A stretch of DNA of 64,000 bases, taken from the NCBI GenBank assembly GCA_019057385.1, contig JAHQJS010000004.1, forward strand, positions 416,001 to 480,000, read 5' to 3'. The notes under the pieces are model-generated. The model made no database searches and had not been told where the DNA came from. It saw nothing but the letters and a program-made list of their open reading frames with translations. The translations under genes were made by a program, and so were the position numbers. The first letter of the stretch is position 1. Each line of letters starts with the position of its first letter. Origin of the DNA: Candidatus Borrarchaeum weybense. Lineage in GTDB: Archaea > Asgardarchaeota > Sifarchaeia > Borrarchaeales > Borrarchaeaceae. Of this stretch, positions 50,732-60,832 are shown in pieces.

Positions 50732-50909
50732 CCTCGAATTTCTTAGTCATTGAAAAGGTTATAGAAGTTTAATTTTCAAATATTTCGTATTTCCCAGTAT
50801 TTCCAATATCTACTTATATTTCATATTCTTCGGGCTGTAATGAATAAGCACTACTAAGTTAAAAAGATGAGTGAAGTTCAAAAAAAATGGAAGAAAGACT
50901 GTTGTGTTC

Positions 50910-53900
50910 CTAAATCGCCTTACTTTTCGCGGTGTATCCCGATAATAACTCACTATTTATCAGTTCTATCAAATGGTCATTTGTCGACAGGATTCCTGTT
51001 AGATCTCTTCCTTTTACTGCTGGAGCTATGAGAACTTCTTCGCTATCTCGCGAAATTACATAGATCTTCGGATCAGGATAGTTTCTAACTCGGACATTTC
51101 CACGCTCTTGAAGTTGCCCTGCATCTTTCATATTAGCTTCAGCTAATTCTGTAACACATGTGACACGTATCGTTTTCTTAATATTTGATAAAGAATCTAC
51201 TGGTATATCTTCAAATTTTGGCGTTACTAAAATGAGATTTGCTTTTGTTCTGTCTATAATAGCCTTTATGTTGAAAAGGATATTTGCATCCCCAACCACA
51301 CGGTATGTCTGTTCAACTGGCAAAGGTTCTGCTTTTCTTGAAAGTTTTTGAATTGTGCCTAGCACACGGGCTGCCTTATTGCTTGCGGCTACCGCAGCTT
51401 CTAGTTCAGACGGGATTACATTGACCACTTCAGTTAATTCTTTTTCGATTCCTTCGACTCGATTAGTGACTATTTGGAGCAGTTCATCTTTGTGGGTAAC
51501 TACAGTGCCTTCATAGTTCTGAATTTGTGAAGAAGTTGTCTCAGATAATTTTTCATTAAGTTGTTTTGTTGCTGTTTCGACTTCTATGCCTAAATTCTCC
51601 AGAAATTCATTAATGTTGTCAATACTACTATATATGTTCTCGCGGTATTTTGTAGTTTGTACAGAGAGTAAATTAGAGAAGGATCCCTTAAAATCAACAG
51701 TTCCTTCAAGGATCGTTGTTGAAGGCCTTGATAAGAGTTGATCCAATCTTGTGATTATCTGCTCCAGTCGAGTATCAAATTTTGCAAGATAATCTTTCCC
51801 GCTGGCTATAAGTGCGTCTTTTAATTCGTCTACCTTTTGTTTTACGGATGTATTCGCTTGATCCAATATCTTATCGAATTTAGTTAGTATCGTCTCAATA
51901 TCTCCAGTAATTATCCCCTCTTTCTCCCCTAAAACGTCAAAAATGGTCTTTTTGATCTCAGAGATCTCGGAATCTGCTTCTTTGACTTTTTCATTTACGC
52001 TAACGGAAAGTGTATCAAGTTCTGTTGTAACCTCTTTAAGTTCCGTGGCTCCTTCTGTAGTTTTTTCTAACTTTTCAAGAAGGGCTTTTGCTTGAGGTTC
52101 AAACTTTTGTATGATATTCGAGTCAAGTTCAGCTAAAGTTGAAGCCGATTCATCTAATGTCCCTGATAGTTTGTTTAGCATATCTTCTGTCTCTGAAAGT
52201 TTGGTGTTAAGTGTTGAATTAAATCCCGATACTTTTTGAATAGTTTCTTCAAGTACATTCAATACAATCTCTGATAGATTCTGTTTCAACTCCATCAGAT
52301 GTGATGTCGAAGCACCTATCTTCTCCTCAGTTATTTTTTCAATTAAAGTTTCAACAGATTGTTCAGTTTCCGTTTTTCTTGTATTAATTTCGTCTTCAGC
52401 TTTTTCTTGTAACGCTGAGTTATTGCGTTCTATCTCTGCTCCCTTTTCGTTTAGGATAGTATTCGTATTCTCTTGTAGAGAATTTAAATTGCTTTCATTT
52501 ATTTCTTTAAGAGAGTTTGCTAGAGACTCAACATTCGTTTTTATCGTGTTGAGCAGTGAATCCTGCGCTGTTATCTCTTCAATGGTTCTTGTAGTTGTAT
52601 TCATTTTATGTTGTATCAAAGTAGATACAATCTTTTCTTCGTATTGAGAAAATGACTCGTTGAACTGTTCTACCCAACTATTGCTGGATTCGTGATTCGC
52701 GTCTCGAAGATTTTCAAGGATTTTAGTGAGGGCATCGCGTAAATTGGTCGTAAGTTCCTTCCTTTCATTCATGTTTGACTTTAATTGTGAATCTATTTGT
52801 TTTCCAGCCGTTTCTAAACTCTTAGTGTTTATAGTAGCTGTTTTTTGAATTTCTTCAAAAGCAGTTTTAGCCTCATTAAGTTTCTCGGTGAGTACTTTTC
52901 CAGCAGTATAGGTCATTTCATTGATCGCTTCTTTATTTTCTTCCAATCTGAGCACAACAGATTCTTTAGCCTCTGAATTATTGGTTTTTAAACCATTAGT
53001 GAAGCGTTCTAACGCATTCTCTATCTCTTTTTGAAAAGCACCTTGGAAGGTGGATGCAAAGTTTGAAACGATTGTTTCATAGGTTGTGTTCATTTTTTCA
53101 AAATTGGATTCGGCGTCTTTTTCTATGGTCTCCACTCTGTATGTCATATTTCGGCTAATATTATCCAATAGGGATGATACTCCCACCTCATACGCATCAG
53201 TATTCGTGTTTATTACATCTCTGACCTGTGCCCTCAATGACTGCAATTCCCCCTCCATTGATGCCAATTGATCCATAAATTCCTCTAATCCTGCCTTGCG
53301 CAAGCCGAATAAACTGCTGGCTTTTTCTTCGGTCTTCGTTTTTAAAACTTCAACGATAGACAAGAGTCGTCCAGAAGTGTCCGCGAAGCGTATGTCAAGT
53401 TGACTTATTCGATCCTTATGCTCCTCTAACTCTTTCTCGATGACATTTGGTACTTCATCTCTTATTCCCATGCTTTCTGTGAGCACATTGTCGATGAACG
53501 TTTTCATAAGTTCCATATTTTGCTTTTTTGACTCCTCCAGTTGTTTAAGCACATTTTGAGAGGTTTCCTCAATATGGACCGCAGTTTTTCCTTTTACATC
53601 TGTGAACTGCTTGTCCATATTTTTATTGCTAACCGAGAACATCTCTAAAAGATCTGTCTGGGTCTTTTCATTTGATTCTTTTAGTTTTCCGTGTTCTATA
53701 TTGAATTGTTCTTTAATTTGTTCTTGTGTTGTATCTATAGTTGTATTCGCTTTTGTGATCATTTCTGAGAGTGCTTCATCAATTTCTTTAACTATAGTTT
53801 GATTAGCATCTTTGACTTGTGAAATTGCTTCTTTTAATTGATCAGTTGTTTTTGTTAACAGGTCAGCATCCTTTTTTTCACTTTCTTCTAAAGTTTGAGA

Positions 53901-55508
53901 GATTAATTCCATATTTGCTTTAATTTCTGTGGTTATTTTTTCCTGGTTCTCTTCTGTTAACCTCGTAGCGTCATTAACAGAATTTTCAATAAGTACGTTC
54001 GTAGAAACAATACTATTATTCACAACATCTGATAATTCATATGCAAGAGTACTAAATCTCTCCTGTAAACGAGTGCTACCTTCAAAGAATTCTTCTAACA
54101 GTTGCTCCATCGATTGTCCAACAAGTTCGTTTACCTTACTTTTCGCATCTTTAATTGTTTGTGAAACCACATCTAAAAGCTCTTTTTGCGTTGTTTTCGC
54201 GTTTGAGGCATGTGACTTCAAGAGACCATCAAAATCACTTTTTAGTGAACTTATCTCAGTTAACATTTTGTTAAGGTTCTCACTAATTTCTTCCTTTAAC
54301 TGGTTCATCTTTGCAACAATATCGTCTCTCTCTGTATCTACAAATGTCTCTACTTGTGTATTAAACGCTTCAATCTGCGTTTTTATTACTTGATCAAGTG
54401 AAGTTACGGTATTACCAGCAACTTCAATTTTTGTTTTGATTATTTCAGCAAAAGATGATATTCCTTTTTTCGTTTTGTTTATAATTTTCGTATTTTTTTT
54501 CTTTAGGTCCTTAATAACAGCCTTAACTTCAGCGAGTGAACTTTTTAACATACCACTGCTTTCATCTTTGAAGGTCGTGAGTTTAGTATCTATATTTTGG
54601 AGCTGTTCATTAAATGAATTGGAAATATTAGAAAGAAGTGTATTGAGTTTTTCCTTAAACGCGTCAATAGATGAAATCGTAATGTTTTCTGTTTTTTCTT
54701 TAGCATCCGTAAATCCAGTTGTATAAACCTGAGTTAGGTTGGTCAGCGTTTCACTAGCATCTTTCTTAAATTTTTCAACATCCTCTACATCTGTCTCCTC
54801 AGTACTTTCAAGAAGCTGTTCGCTCTTTTCTTGGAAGCGTGTAACGTTTGCTTTCCAATCATTTATTTGTTCTCTAATGGCTTCTGCCAATTGTTCGTTT
54901 AGTGTCTGCATTTCGACTTCAAATTCGTTTGAAGTATTATCTAATGCATCAAATAATGTATCTTTAAGTCCGGTCAACGTCTCTTCAAACGCGGTATAAT
55001 TATCTTTTAAGGTGGTTGTTATTGTTTCTCTATTTTGATCCGCATCAGATTTGACGTGCTCGCCGAAATCCATTGAAATTGAATCAATCTGTTCTTTGGT
55101 TACATCAACGTTTTTCTTGAATTCTTCAAGATGTTCATTAATTACTGCAGATGTAGATTCCTGGAATCCTTGAAGTTGCGATGACAACGCGTTCTTGACT
55201 TCATTCCATTTAACTGTTATCTCGTCGCGTACATTTGACAGTCTTTGCGTGAGATCTTCTTCGACTTTTTCGCTTAAAACGATTCGTGGTTCCATAGCTA
55301 CCAGAATGTCCACTTTACCTGGAATCCGACGTATTAGCCCCTTCTGTTCAAGTGCGATCAAATTACTTTGTATTTCTGGAAGAGGGTCTCCTGTATAAAG
55401 AACTAATTCCTCTAATGTTTTCGCTCCTAAACCAACGATTGTTTCGTAAATTTTTCTTTCAATTTCATTGAGCCCGATTAATTCGTACACTTCTTCTGCA
55501 TTAAGCAT
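50910..55508 (-). CDS. Giant TrmB-HTH / coiled-coil / TrmB-type C-terminal domain protein
   Basis: GLNEIERKIY..LIALEQKGLI N-terminus; ~1300 aa of heptad-rich helix; C-terminal IIDRTK..RDSEEVLIAP. Confidence 0.8.
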   Translation of the reverse strand: MLNAEEVYELIGLNEIERKIYETIVGLGAKTLEELVLYTGDPLPEIQSNLIALEQKGLIRRIPGKVDILVAMEPRIVLSEKVEEDLTQRLSNVRDEITVKWNEVKNALSSQLQGFQESTSAVINEHLEEFKKNVDVTKEQIDSISMDFGEHVKSDADQNRETITTTLKDNYTAFEETLTGLKDTLFDALDNTSNEFEVEMQTLNEQLAEAIREQINDWKANVTRFQEKSEQLLESTEETDVEDVEKFKKDASETLTNLTQVYTTGFTDAKEKTENITISSIDAFKEKLNTLLSNISNSFNEQLQNIDTKLTTFKDESSGMLKSSLAEVKAVIKDLKKKNTKIINKTKKGISSFAEIIKTKIEVAGNTVTSLDQVIKTQIEAFNTQVETFVDTERDDIVAKMNQLKEEISENLNKMLTEISSLKSDFDGLLKSHASNAKTTQKELLDVVSQTIKDAKSKVNELVGQSMEQLLEEFFEGSTRLQERFSTLAYELSDVVNNSIVSTNVLIENSVNDATRLTEENQEKITTEIKANMELISQTLEESEKKDADLLTKTTDQLKEAISQVKDANQTIVKEIDEALSEMITKANTTIDTTQEQIKEQFNIEHGKLKESNEKTQTDLLEMFSVSNKNMDKQFTDVKGKTAVHIEETSQNVLKQLEESKKQNMELMKTFIDNVLTESMGIRDEVPNVIEKELEEHKDRISQLDIRFADTSGRLLSIVEVLKTKTEEKASSLFGLRKAGLEEFMDQLASMEGELQSLRAQVRDVINTNTDAYEVGVSSLLDNISRNMTYRVETIEKDAESNFEKMNTTYETIVSNFASTFQGAFQKEIENALERFTNGLKTNNSEAKESVVLRLEENKEAINEMTYTAGKVLTEKLNEAKTAFEEIQKTATINTKSLETAGKQIDSQLKSNMNERKELTTNLRDALTKILENLRDANHESSNSWVEQFNESFSQYEEKIVSTLIQHKMNTTTRTIEEITAQDSLLNTIKTNVESLANSLKEINESNLNSLQENTNTILNEKGAEIERNNSALQEKAEDEINTRKTETEQSVETLIEKITEEKIGASTSHLMELKQNLSEIVLNVLEETIQKVSGFNSTLNTKLSETEDMLNKLSGTLDESASTLAELDSNIIQKFEPQAKALLEKLEKTTEGATELKEVTTELDTLSVSVNEKVKEADSEISEIKKTIFDVLGEKEGIITGDIETILTKFDKILDQANTSVKQKVDELKDALIASGKDYLAKFDTRLEQIITRLDQLLSRPSTTILEGTVDFKGSFSNLLSVQTTKYRENIYSSIDNINEFLENLGIEVETATKQLNEKLSETTSSQIQNYEGTVVTHKDELLQIVTNRVEGIEKELTEVVNVIPSELEAAVAASNKAARVLGTIQKLSRKAEPLPVEQTYRVVGDANILFNIKAIIDRTKANLILVTPKFEDIPVDSLSNIKKTIRVTCVTELAEANMKDAGQLQERGNVRVRNYPDPKIYVISRDSEEVLIAPAVKGRDLTGILSTNDHLIELINSELLSGYTAKSKAI

Positions 55509-55522
55509 TATCCAATCTCCTC

Positions 55523-57829
55523 TTATTTGCTCATTTCTCGTGAAATTTCATCAATTGATTTCTTAGCATCATTAAAATCTGTTTGAACTGGTTTCTTCAG
55601 GCGATCTAGTTCCTTACCGATCCGTTCCACACTATTAGAAAGTTCCCGTAAGGATCGTGTCAATGAATTTAATTCTTCTTTCAATTTGTCTTTATCTTCA
55701 TTTATTGCTGATGAATAAGTGTTTGTTAGATCTGTAAGTTCTTTCTTCGTCCCCTCTTTTTGCCCCTCAAGTGTCTTGGACACATTTTGACTCATTTCGG
55801 TGTTAAATCTATCCAGTTTTTCGGTCTCAGCTAGAAGAACATCCAAGAGTCCCTTCTTAGAATCTTCAGCTAAAGATGTCAATTTAGAGATGGTGTCTTC
55901 TAATTGAGAATTCAATTTTTCCTTTGTTGTGTCCTGCATGTTTGCATTTGCCGTGGTTATACTATTAATCCACTGAGAAACCTGTTCTTTCATCATATCG
56001 CTATGTTCTCTGGTGGCGTCGCTATGTTCCTTTGTAGCTTCATTATTCTCTTTTAGTGCATTACTATGGCTTTCGGAGATAGTCTTTAGCTGAATTCTAG
56101 TGCTGTCATTAATATCTTTGTTTATTGTATTTACTGTAGTATTCATAGCATCATCACTATTTTTAAAGCGGTCATTAATTTTCTCTTTGATCACTGTTAG
56201 CGCTTTAGATACATCTGTAACTGTTCCATTCAAAGCATTTGTAAGATTGTCATTATGAGTTGTCGTTTCCGATTTGTAATTCTCCGAAATACTTGTTAAT
56301 TCCTGAGCAACAGTTTTTTCTAACTCTTCGGTAGCGTTTATGAAATTATTTTTATGAGAATCCAAGGATTCTGTCATATTTGTCTGTAGATCGGTTGTTG
56401 TCGCTTCATGGGTTTGTTTTTGTTCGTTTAATGAGTTAAGCGTATTTTCTTTGAGCCCATTCATTTTAAGTTTAAAATCTTCCATGGCTTTCATTAGGAA
56501 TTCTTCAGTTTCTGCCTTAATCTTCTCTACGTTATTTTTGTGGGCTGAAAGAGTGTTATCTACTATTGTTATGAAGTCCCCTTCATAAGATTCGCAGACT
56601 TCTGCTACTGTAGCAATATTTTCTAAAAAGGCTGTTCGCATTTGCGAGTTTAGGTCGTGAATTAGTTCCTCGATCCGTGTTAAGATATCTTTAATGCCTG
56701 TTTGCATCTGATCTTGGGTAACTTCAATTGTACCTTCAATATTTTCAAGACTTTTAACCAACTTTTCACTGAAAGCTAATTCAAGTTCTTCTTTCTTTTC
56801 GGCAAATTGCTGTTCTTGAAAACTCATTAACTCAAAGGCTTTTTTCATCATGCCGGTTTCTAATTGGGTTTTCACTTCACCTATTTTTGTTTCGAGAATA
56901 TCTGAGAGAAGGCTCTCCACTCCAGCAATAACTTCATTATATGTTTCCTTATGTGTTTCAAAAGTTTGTGATGAGTCTGCTTTTGTCTTTTCAATACTTG
57001 TAGAAAACTGAGATCGCTCGTTTTCAAGAAGACTTTGCAGAAGTTCTTTGATAGAATCTGCTTGCTGCATAAGTATGTTTATAGATTCCATAATCAGAGT
57101 ACTCGATGCATTTTTTTTGCCTTCAAGCATCTCTGAAAACTGAACAGATTTCGCCTCTAACTCGTTTATCAAGTTTTCTCGCGTATCATTAAAATTAGTC
57201 GAAAGTTCTGTGTATTTTTGCGTCAATTGTGTGCTTATTCCTTCGTCATGATTCTTGAGGAGTTCTGTAGAAGTCTCATTAACATTCTGAAGTATATCTA
57301 CTATTTTTTGATGGAGTTGGTCATTAATTTGATTCTGTGTAGTTAGAAATTCACCAAATTTCTCTGTTGCTTCTTGTACCATCCCTTGTGAATCATTTTT
57401 CATCTTTGTAACATTTTCATCGAAAAACGTAAGTCCTGCCTGTTCTTCTTTTAGTGCAGCGGTAAATTGACTGGTAACATCATCTATCTGGGGCATGAAT
57501 TTGAGTTCTTTAAGGATTCCTTTTAGTTCTTCAACCTCTTTAGATATTTCTGAAATTATGGCTGTTTTTGCGTCATCTAGTTTTAGCGCGATCTCCTCTT
57601 GCATAGTAGAATTTTGCTTCTTTAAATTCTCTTGGATCTCCTTTGCGTCTTCTTCTATCTTATTTTCGCCTTCCTGAAAAACCTTTTCTCCAGTTGATTT
57701 GATTTCTTCATATCCCGACGAGAGTGTCGAATTAAATTCACCAAATTGCTCCTCAAAGGACTTCGAAATTTTATCAAGATCTTTTCTAATCGATTCCAAC
57801 CTTGTTAGGGCATTTTCTACCTTTGACAT
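55523..57829 (-). CDS. Long coiled-coil protein
   Basis: E/K/Q/T-rich heptads, almost no Pro. Confidence 0.75.
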   Translation of the reverse strand: MSKVENALTRLESIRKDLDKISKSFEEQFGEFNSTLSSGYEEIKSTGEKVFQEGENKIEEDAKEIQENLKKQNSTMQEEIALKLDDAKTAIISEISKEVEELKGILKELKFMPQIDDVTSQFTAALKEEQAGLTFFDENVTKMKNDSQGMVQEATEKFGEFLTTQNQINDQLHQKIVDILQNVNETSTELLKNHDEGISTQLTQKYTELSTNFNDTRENLINELEAKSVQFSEMLEGKKNASSTLIMESINILMQQADSIKELLQSLLENERSQFSTSIEKTKADSSQTFETHKETYNEVIAGVESLLSDILETKIGEVKTQLETGMMKKAFELMSFQEQQFAEKKEELELAFSEKLVKSLENIEGTIEVTQDQMQTGIKDILTRIEELIHDLNSQMRTAFLENIATVAEVCESYEGDFITIVDNTLSAHKNNVEKIKAETEEFLMKAMEDFKLKMNGLKENTLNSLNEQKQTHEATTTDLQTNMTESLDSHKNNFINATEELEKTVAQELTSISENYKSETTTHNDNLTNALNGTVTDVSKALTVIKEKINDRFKNSDDAMNTTVNTINKDINDSTRIQLKTISESHSNALKENNEATKEHSDATREHSDMMKEQVSQWINSITTANANMQDTTKEKLNSQLEDTISKLTSLAEDSKKGLLDVLLAETEKLDRFNTEMSQNVSKTLEGQKEGTKKELTDLTNTYSSAINEDKDKLKEELNSLTRSLRELSNSVERIGKELDRLKKPVQTDFNDAKKSIDEISREMSK

Positions 57830-57832
57830 TTT

Positions 57833-59560
57833 CTAATTCTCCTTCTTAGGTTCTATAACTATTTTTTTTGCAAGTTTATCAAACTCTTTTCGATATAATT
57901 CATTGTTTATGGATTCTCGAGCCTTTTGACAAACTTTTTTTGCTCTTGCCCCCTCATTCGCTGTCTTGTAAAGTGAATAAGCACGCCTATAAAATAAGCG
58001 AGTAAAAGCGTCAAATGACTCTGCAGCGTATACATCTCCAGCTTCCTCATATAACATTGCAGCGTTCCTCGACAACGCGTTCCTTTTCCACTCGCTTCCT
58101 ATTTTATCATAAAGCCTTGAACCATTTGCAAGAAACTTGCGTGCATAATAGGGTTTTTTAGCCTTTGAAAATCTCTTGGCCATCTCATCACATAAAAGAG
58201 CTGCACGTTCAAAATCCTCTATTTTTTCAAAAATTTCTGTGGCATTTGAGAAAAGCACAAAGGCTTCATAAAACATTTCATGTTCCATTAAAGCTTCACC
58301 CATGGTGCTATAAGATTCTGCAATTTCTGTAAGAATCGGCGTTTCACGTTGGGCGAAAGCAATATTAGTCAATTCATCTAATTTCTCCTTAATCGGAGTA
58401 TCTGGTCTTTTTCCTGCACCTATTGATTCTTTAAACAAATCCAAAAGTATATTTGCTCTTCCAAAGATATTCAATCGTTCAGATGTTCTCTTTAATGTTT
58501 GAAAAAGAAATTTAGATGAAAAATAGACGAAGGTATTTTCTACCACTAGAAGTTGTTTTTCTTGCAGATCATTCAAGATAGTACTTATATCGTTTTTTAA
58601 ATCAGAAGTAGCTTCTAGTTCTGACAAAGTATCTAAATTTTCTTTTCGTGAGGCAATATTTTCAAGTATTTTAAGTTCCTCATCATGTAAATCAAATATA
58701 TCAACTATATTTTCATTTAGAATTGCATCTTTGCATTTATTCCAGACATTTTCTTCTATTGATGCGTTTTCTCTGTTTTCATAGAGATAACTAGTCGCTA
58801 AAGTTAGAACAAAGGGGACTCCTCTTCCTGCTCGAATAAGTTTTTCTTTCACATCTTTCGAAATAGTTATCTCATTTTTTGTTTCAACTCGTTTTAAAAA
58901 TATCTCCGCTTCTTTTGAACTCATCTTTCCAAGGGAGAACATTTCAAGATTTGATTCCAAGTTCTGTGAAGGGATATATTTCATAAACTCATCAGTAATG
59001 GAAAATATAATTATAATATTGTATTTTTTTTCTTTCAATTCTTTTAAAATTTCAATCAAAATATGATAAGCGTTTTCAAAATCTCTAATTGCAAAAAATT
59101 CCGTATCATCGACTAGAAACATAGCCCAGGTTTTTTGCGACTCCAGTTTTTCCTGAACATCGTCTAATCCTCGAAAAAATTCATCAATATACTCTGAGAG
59201 TACTTCAGATGTTGTAGTCGTTCCTTTAGGTAGCGGAAGCATATCAAAATCTGCTTTCTTCGAAAAACGTTTTTTCTTTTCGGGCACGAGAGCTACTATT
59301 TGACTTTTTAAGTCAGCAAAAAAACTCTCGACGGTTCCTGGGGTGATTGTTTTATAAATAGTCTGGAAACGCTCTATCTGCGCTAACTCCTGAAATTTCA
59401 TCAACGTAAGACTCTTACCCATACCCCTCTCACTACTAAGAATACCTCCTCGTTTTTCTTCGCTTCCTGTCTTAATTTTTGTTAAAAAGTCTCTAAATCG
59501 ATTTATTTCGTCTGTTCTTCCTGTGAATAACTCAATATTGGATATTATGGCGTTTTCCAT
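57833..59560 (-). CDS. STAND-like AAA ATPase with wHTH and TPR/SNAP-like repeats
   Basis: FTGRTDEI, SERGMGKS, FLVDD, GRGVP, C-terminal Ala-rich helical repeats. Confidence 0.75.
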   Translation of the reverse strand: MENAIISNIELFTGRTDEINRFRDFLTKIKTGSEEKRGGILSSERGMGKSLTLMKFQELAQIERFQTIYKTITPGTVESFFADLKSQIVALVPEKKKRFSKKADFDMLPLPKGTTTTSEVLSEYIDEFFRGLDDVQEKLESQKTWAMFLVDDTEFFAIRDFENAYHILIEILKELKEKKYNIIIIFSITDEFMKYIPSQNLESNLEMFSLGKMSSKEAEIFLKRVETKNEITISKDVKEKLIRAGRGVPFVLTLATSYLYENRENASIEENVWNKCKDAILNENIVDIFDLHDEELKILENIASRKENLDTLSELEATSDLKNDISTILNDLQEKQLLVVENTFVYFSSKFLFQTLKRTSERLNIFGRANILLDLFKESIGAGKRPDTPIKEKLDELTNIAFAQRETPILTEIAESYSTMGEALMEHEMFYEAFVLFSNATEIFEKIEDFERAALLCDEMAKRFSKAKKPYYARKFLANGSRLYDKIGSEWKRNALSRNAAMLYEEAGDVYAAESFDAFTRLFYRRAYSLYKTANEGARAKKVCQKARESINNELYRKEFDKLAKKIVIEPKKEN

Positions 59561-59793
59561 ATTATCTCTCCACCATTTCCTATACTTACATACCTAGGAC
59601 TTTCATTCATTCATCACATAATAATTTCATGATTGATTATTATTAGCATGCTGTCGCGCGCGATAAACTCACCAAAATGGTATATATGCTCATCGCTATA
59701 ATGTATTCAATTGTTTTTCCGTAGGCTTCAATGAAACCTAAATATGCTTTTACAATTAGTTTGCCACTTCAAATCACTTAGGAGGCATATTTC

Positions 59794-60699
59794 ATGGTTC
59801 AAATTAAAGGCATAAACGTACCCGTCGTTACTCCTTTCAAAAACAATGAAATAAATGAGGACGGTTTCAGAACCATAATCAACTATTTGATAGAAAATAA
59901 AGTTCACGGTATTATCCCATGTGGGTCAACTGGCGAAACAATCAACCTTAGAATGGATGAACGAAAAAAAGTTGCTGAAATAGCAATTGATGAGGCAAGT
60001 GGACGCATATCCGTTATTGTCGGTACTGGTGATAGTTCTACCGATCGTGCAATTGAATTAACAGAGCATGCCGCTGATATTGGTGCTGATGCTGTCCTAT
60101 TGGTTACCCCTTTTTACTTCAAGCCCAGTCAAGAAGCGATCTATGAATACTTTTCTGCAATTGTATCAACTATTGACATCCCTATTCTCCTCTATATGGT
60201 TCCTAAGTTTACTGGTGGCGTAGAAATTGATCCTCAAACTGTGGTGCGTCTACAAGAATACTCAAACATCATAGGAATAAAAATGAGCATAACGGATATC
60301 AGAAAAATCTCCACAATGATAAATATCGCATCAAATGAAAGTTTTAACGTGTTTGCTGGAAGTGGAAGTGCTATTTTTGCAACATTGATGCTTGGAGGAA
60401 TAGGTGCCGTACCAGCTACAGGAAATATTGCAACGAGGATGATAGCAGATATTTATGGTTCCTTTGTTCAAAACGACTTCGAAAAAGCAAGAGAGTTACA
60501 ATTGAAAATATTACCTCTTGACAACTTTCTTACTGGTCCAAATGGTCATGGAATCCCTGCAATCAAAGTAGGTATGGACATGTTAGATTTAGATCTTCAA
60601 GCAGGCATCCCTCGAAGTCCGTTACTTCCAATAACTGATAAAGTTAAAAATGAGTTAGGAAACATTCTCCATTCTATAGGTCTGATAGAAAACCAATAA
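59794..60699 (+). CDS. dapA: Dihydrodipicolinate synthase family protein
   Basis: VVTPF, GSTGE, TPFYF, IIGIK. Confidence 0.85.
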   Translation: MVQIKGINVPVVTPFKNNEINEDGFRTIINYLIENKVHGIIPCGSTGETINLRMDERKKVAEIAIDEASGRISVIVGTGDSSTDRAIELTEHAADIGADAVLLVTPFYFKPSQEAIYEYFSAIVSTIDIPILLYMVPKFTGGVEIDPQTVVRLQEYSNIIGIKMSITDIRKISTMINIASNESFNVFAGSGSAIFATLMLGGIGAVPATGNIATRMIADIYGSFVQNDFEKARELQLKILPLDNFLTGPNGHGIPAIKVGMDMLDLDLQAGIPRSPLLPITDKVKNELGNILHSIGLIENQ

Positions 60700-60832
60700 T
60701 CTTTCGAACCGTTATTTCCGCAACTTTAAAATGAAGCCTCATCATTGTATAATATTAAGGTAATACACCCATTATGACGTTTGTAGTTTCCAATTTGCTA
60801 CATCTTGTGAGCGCAACTTAGGTGAACTAATC

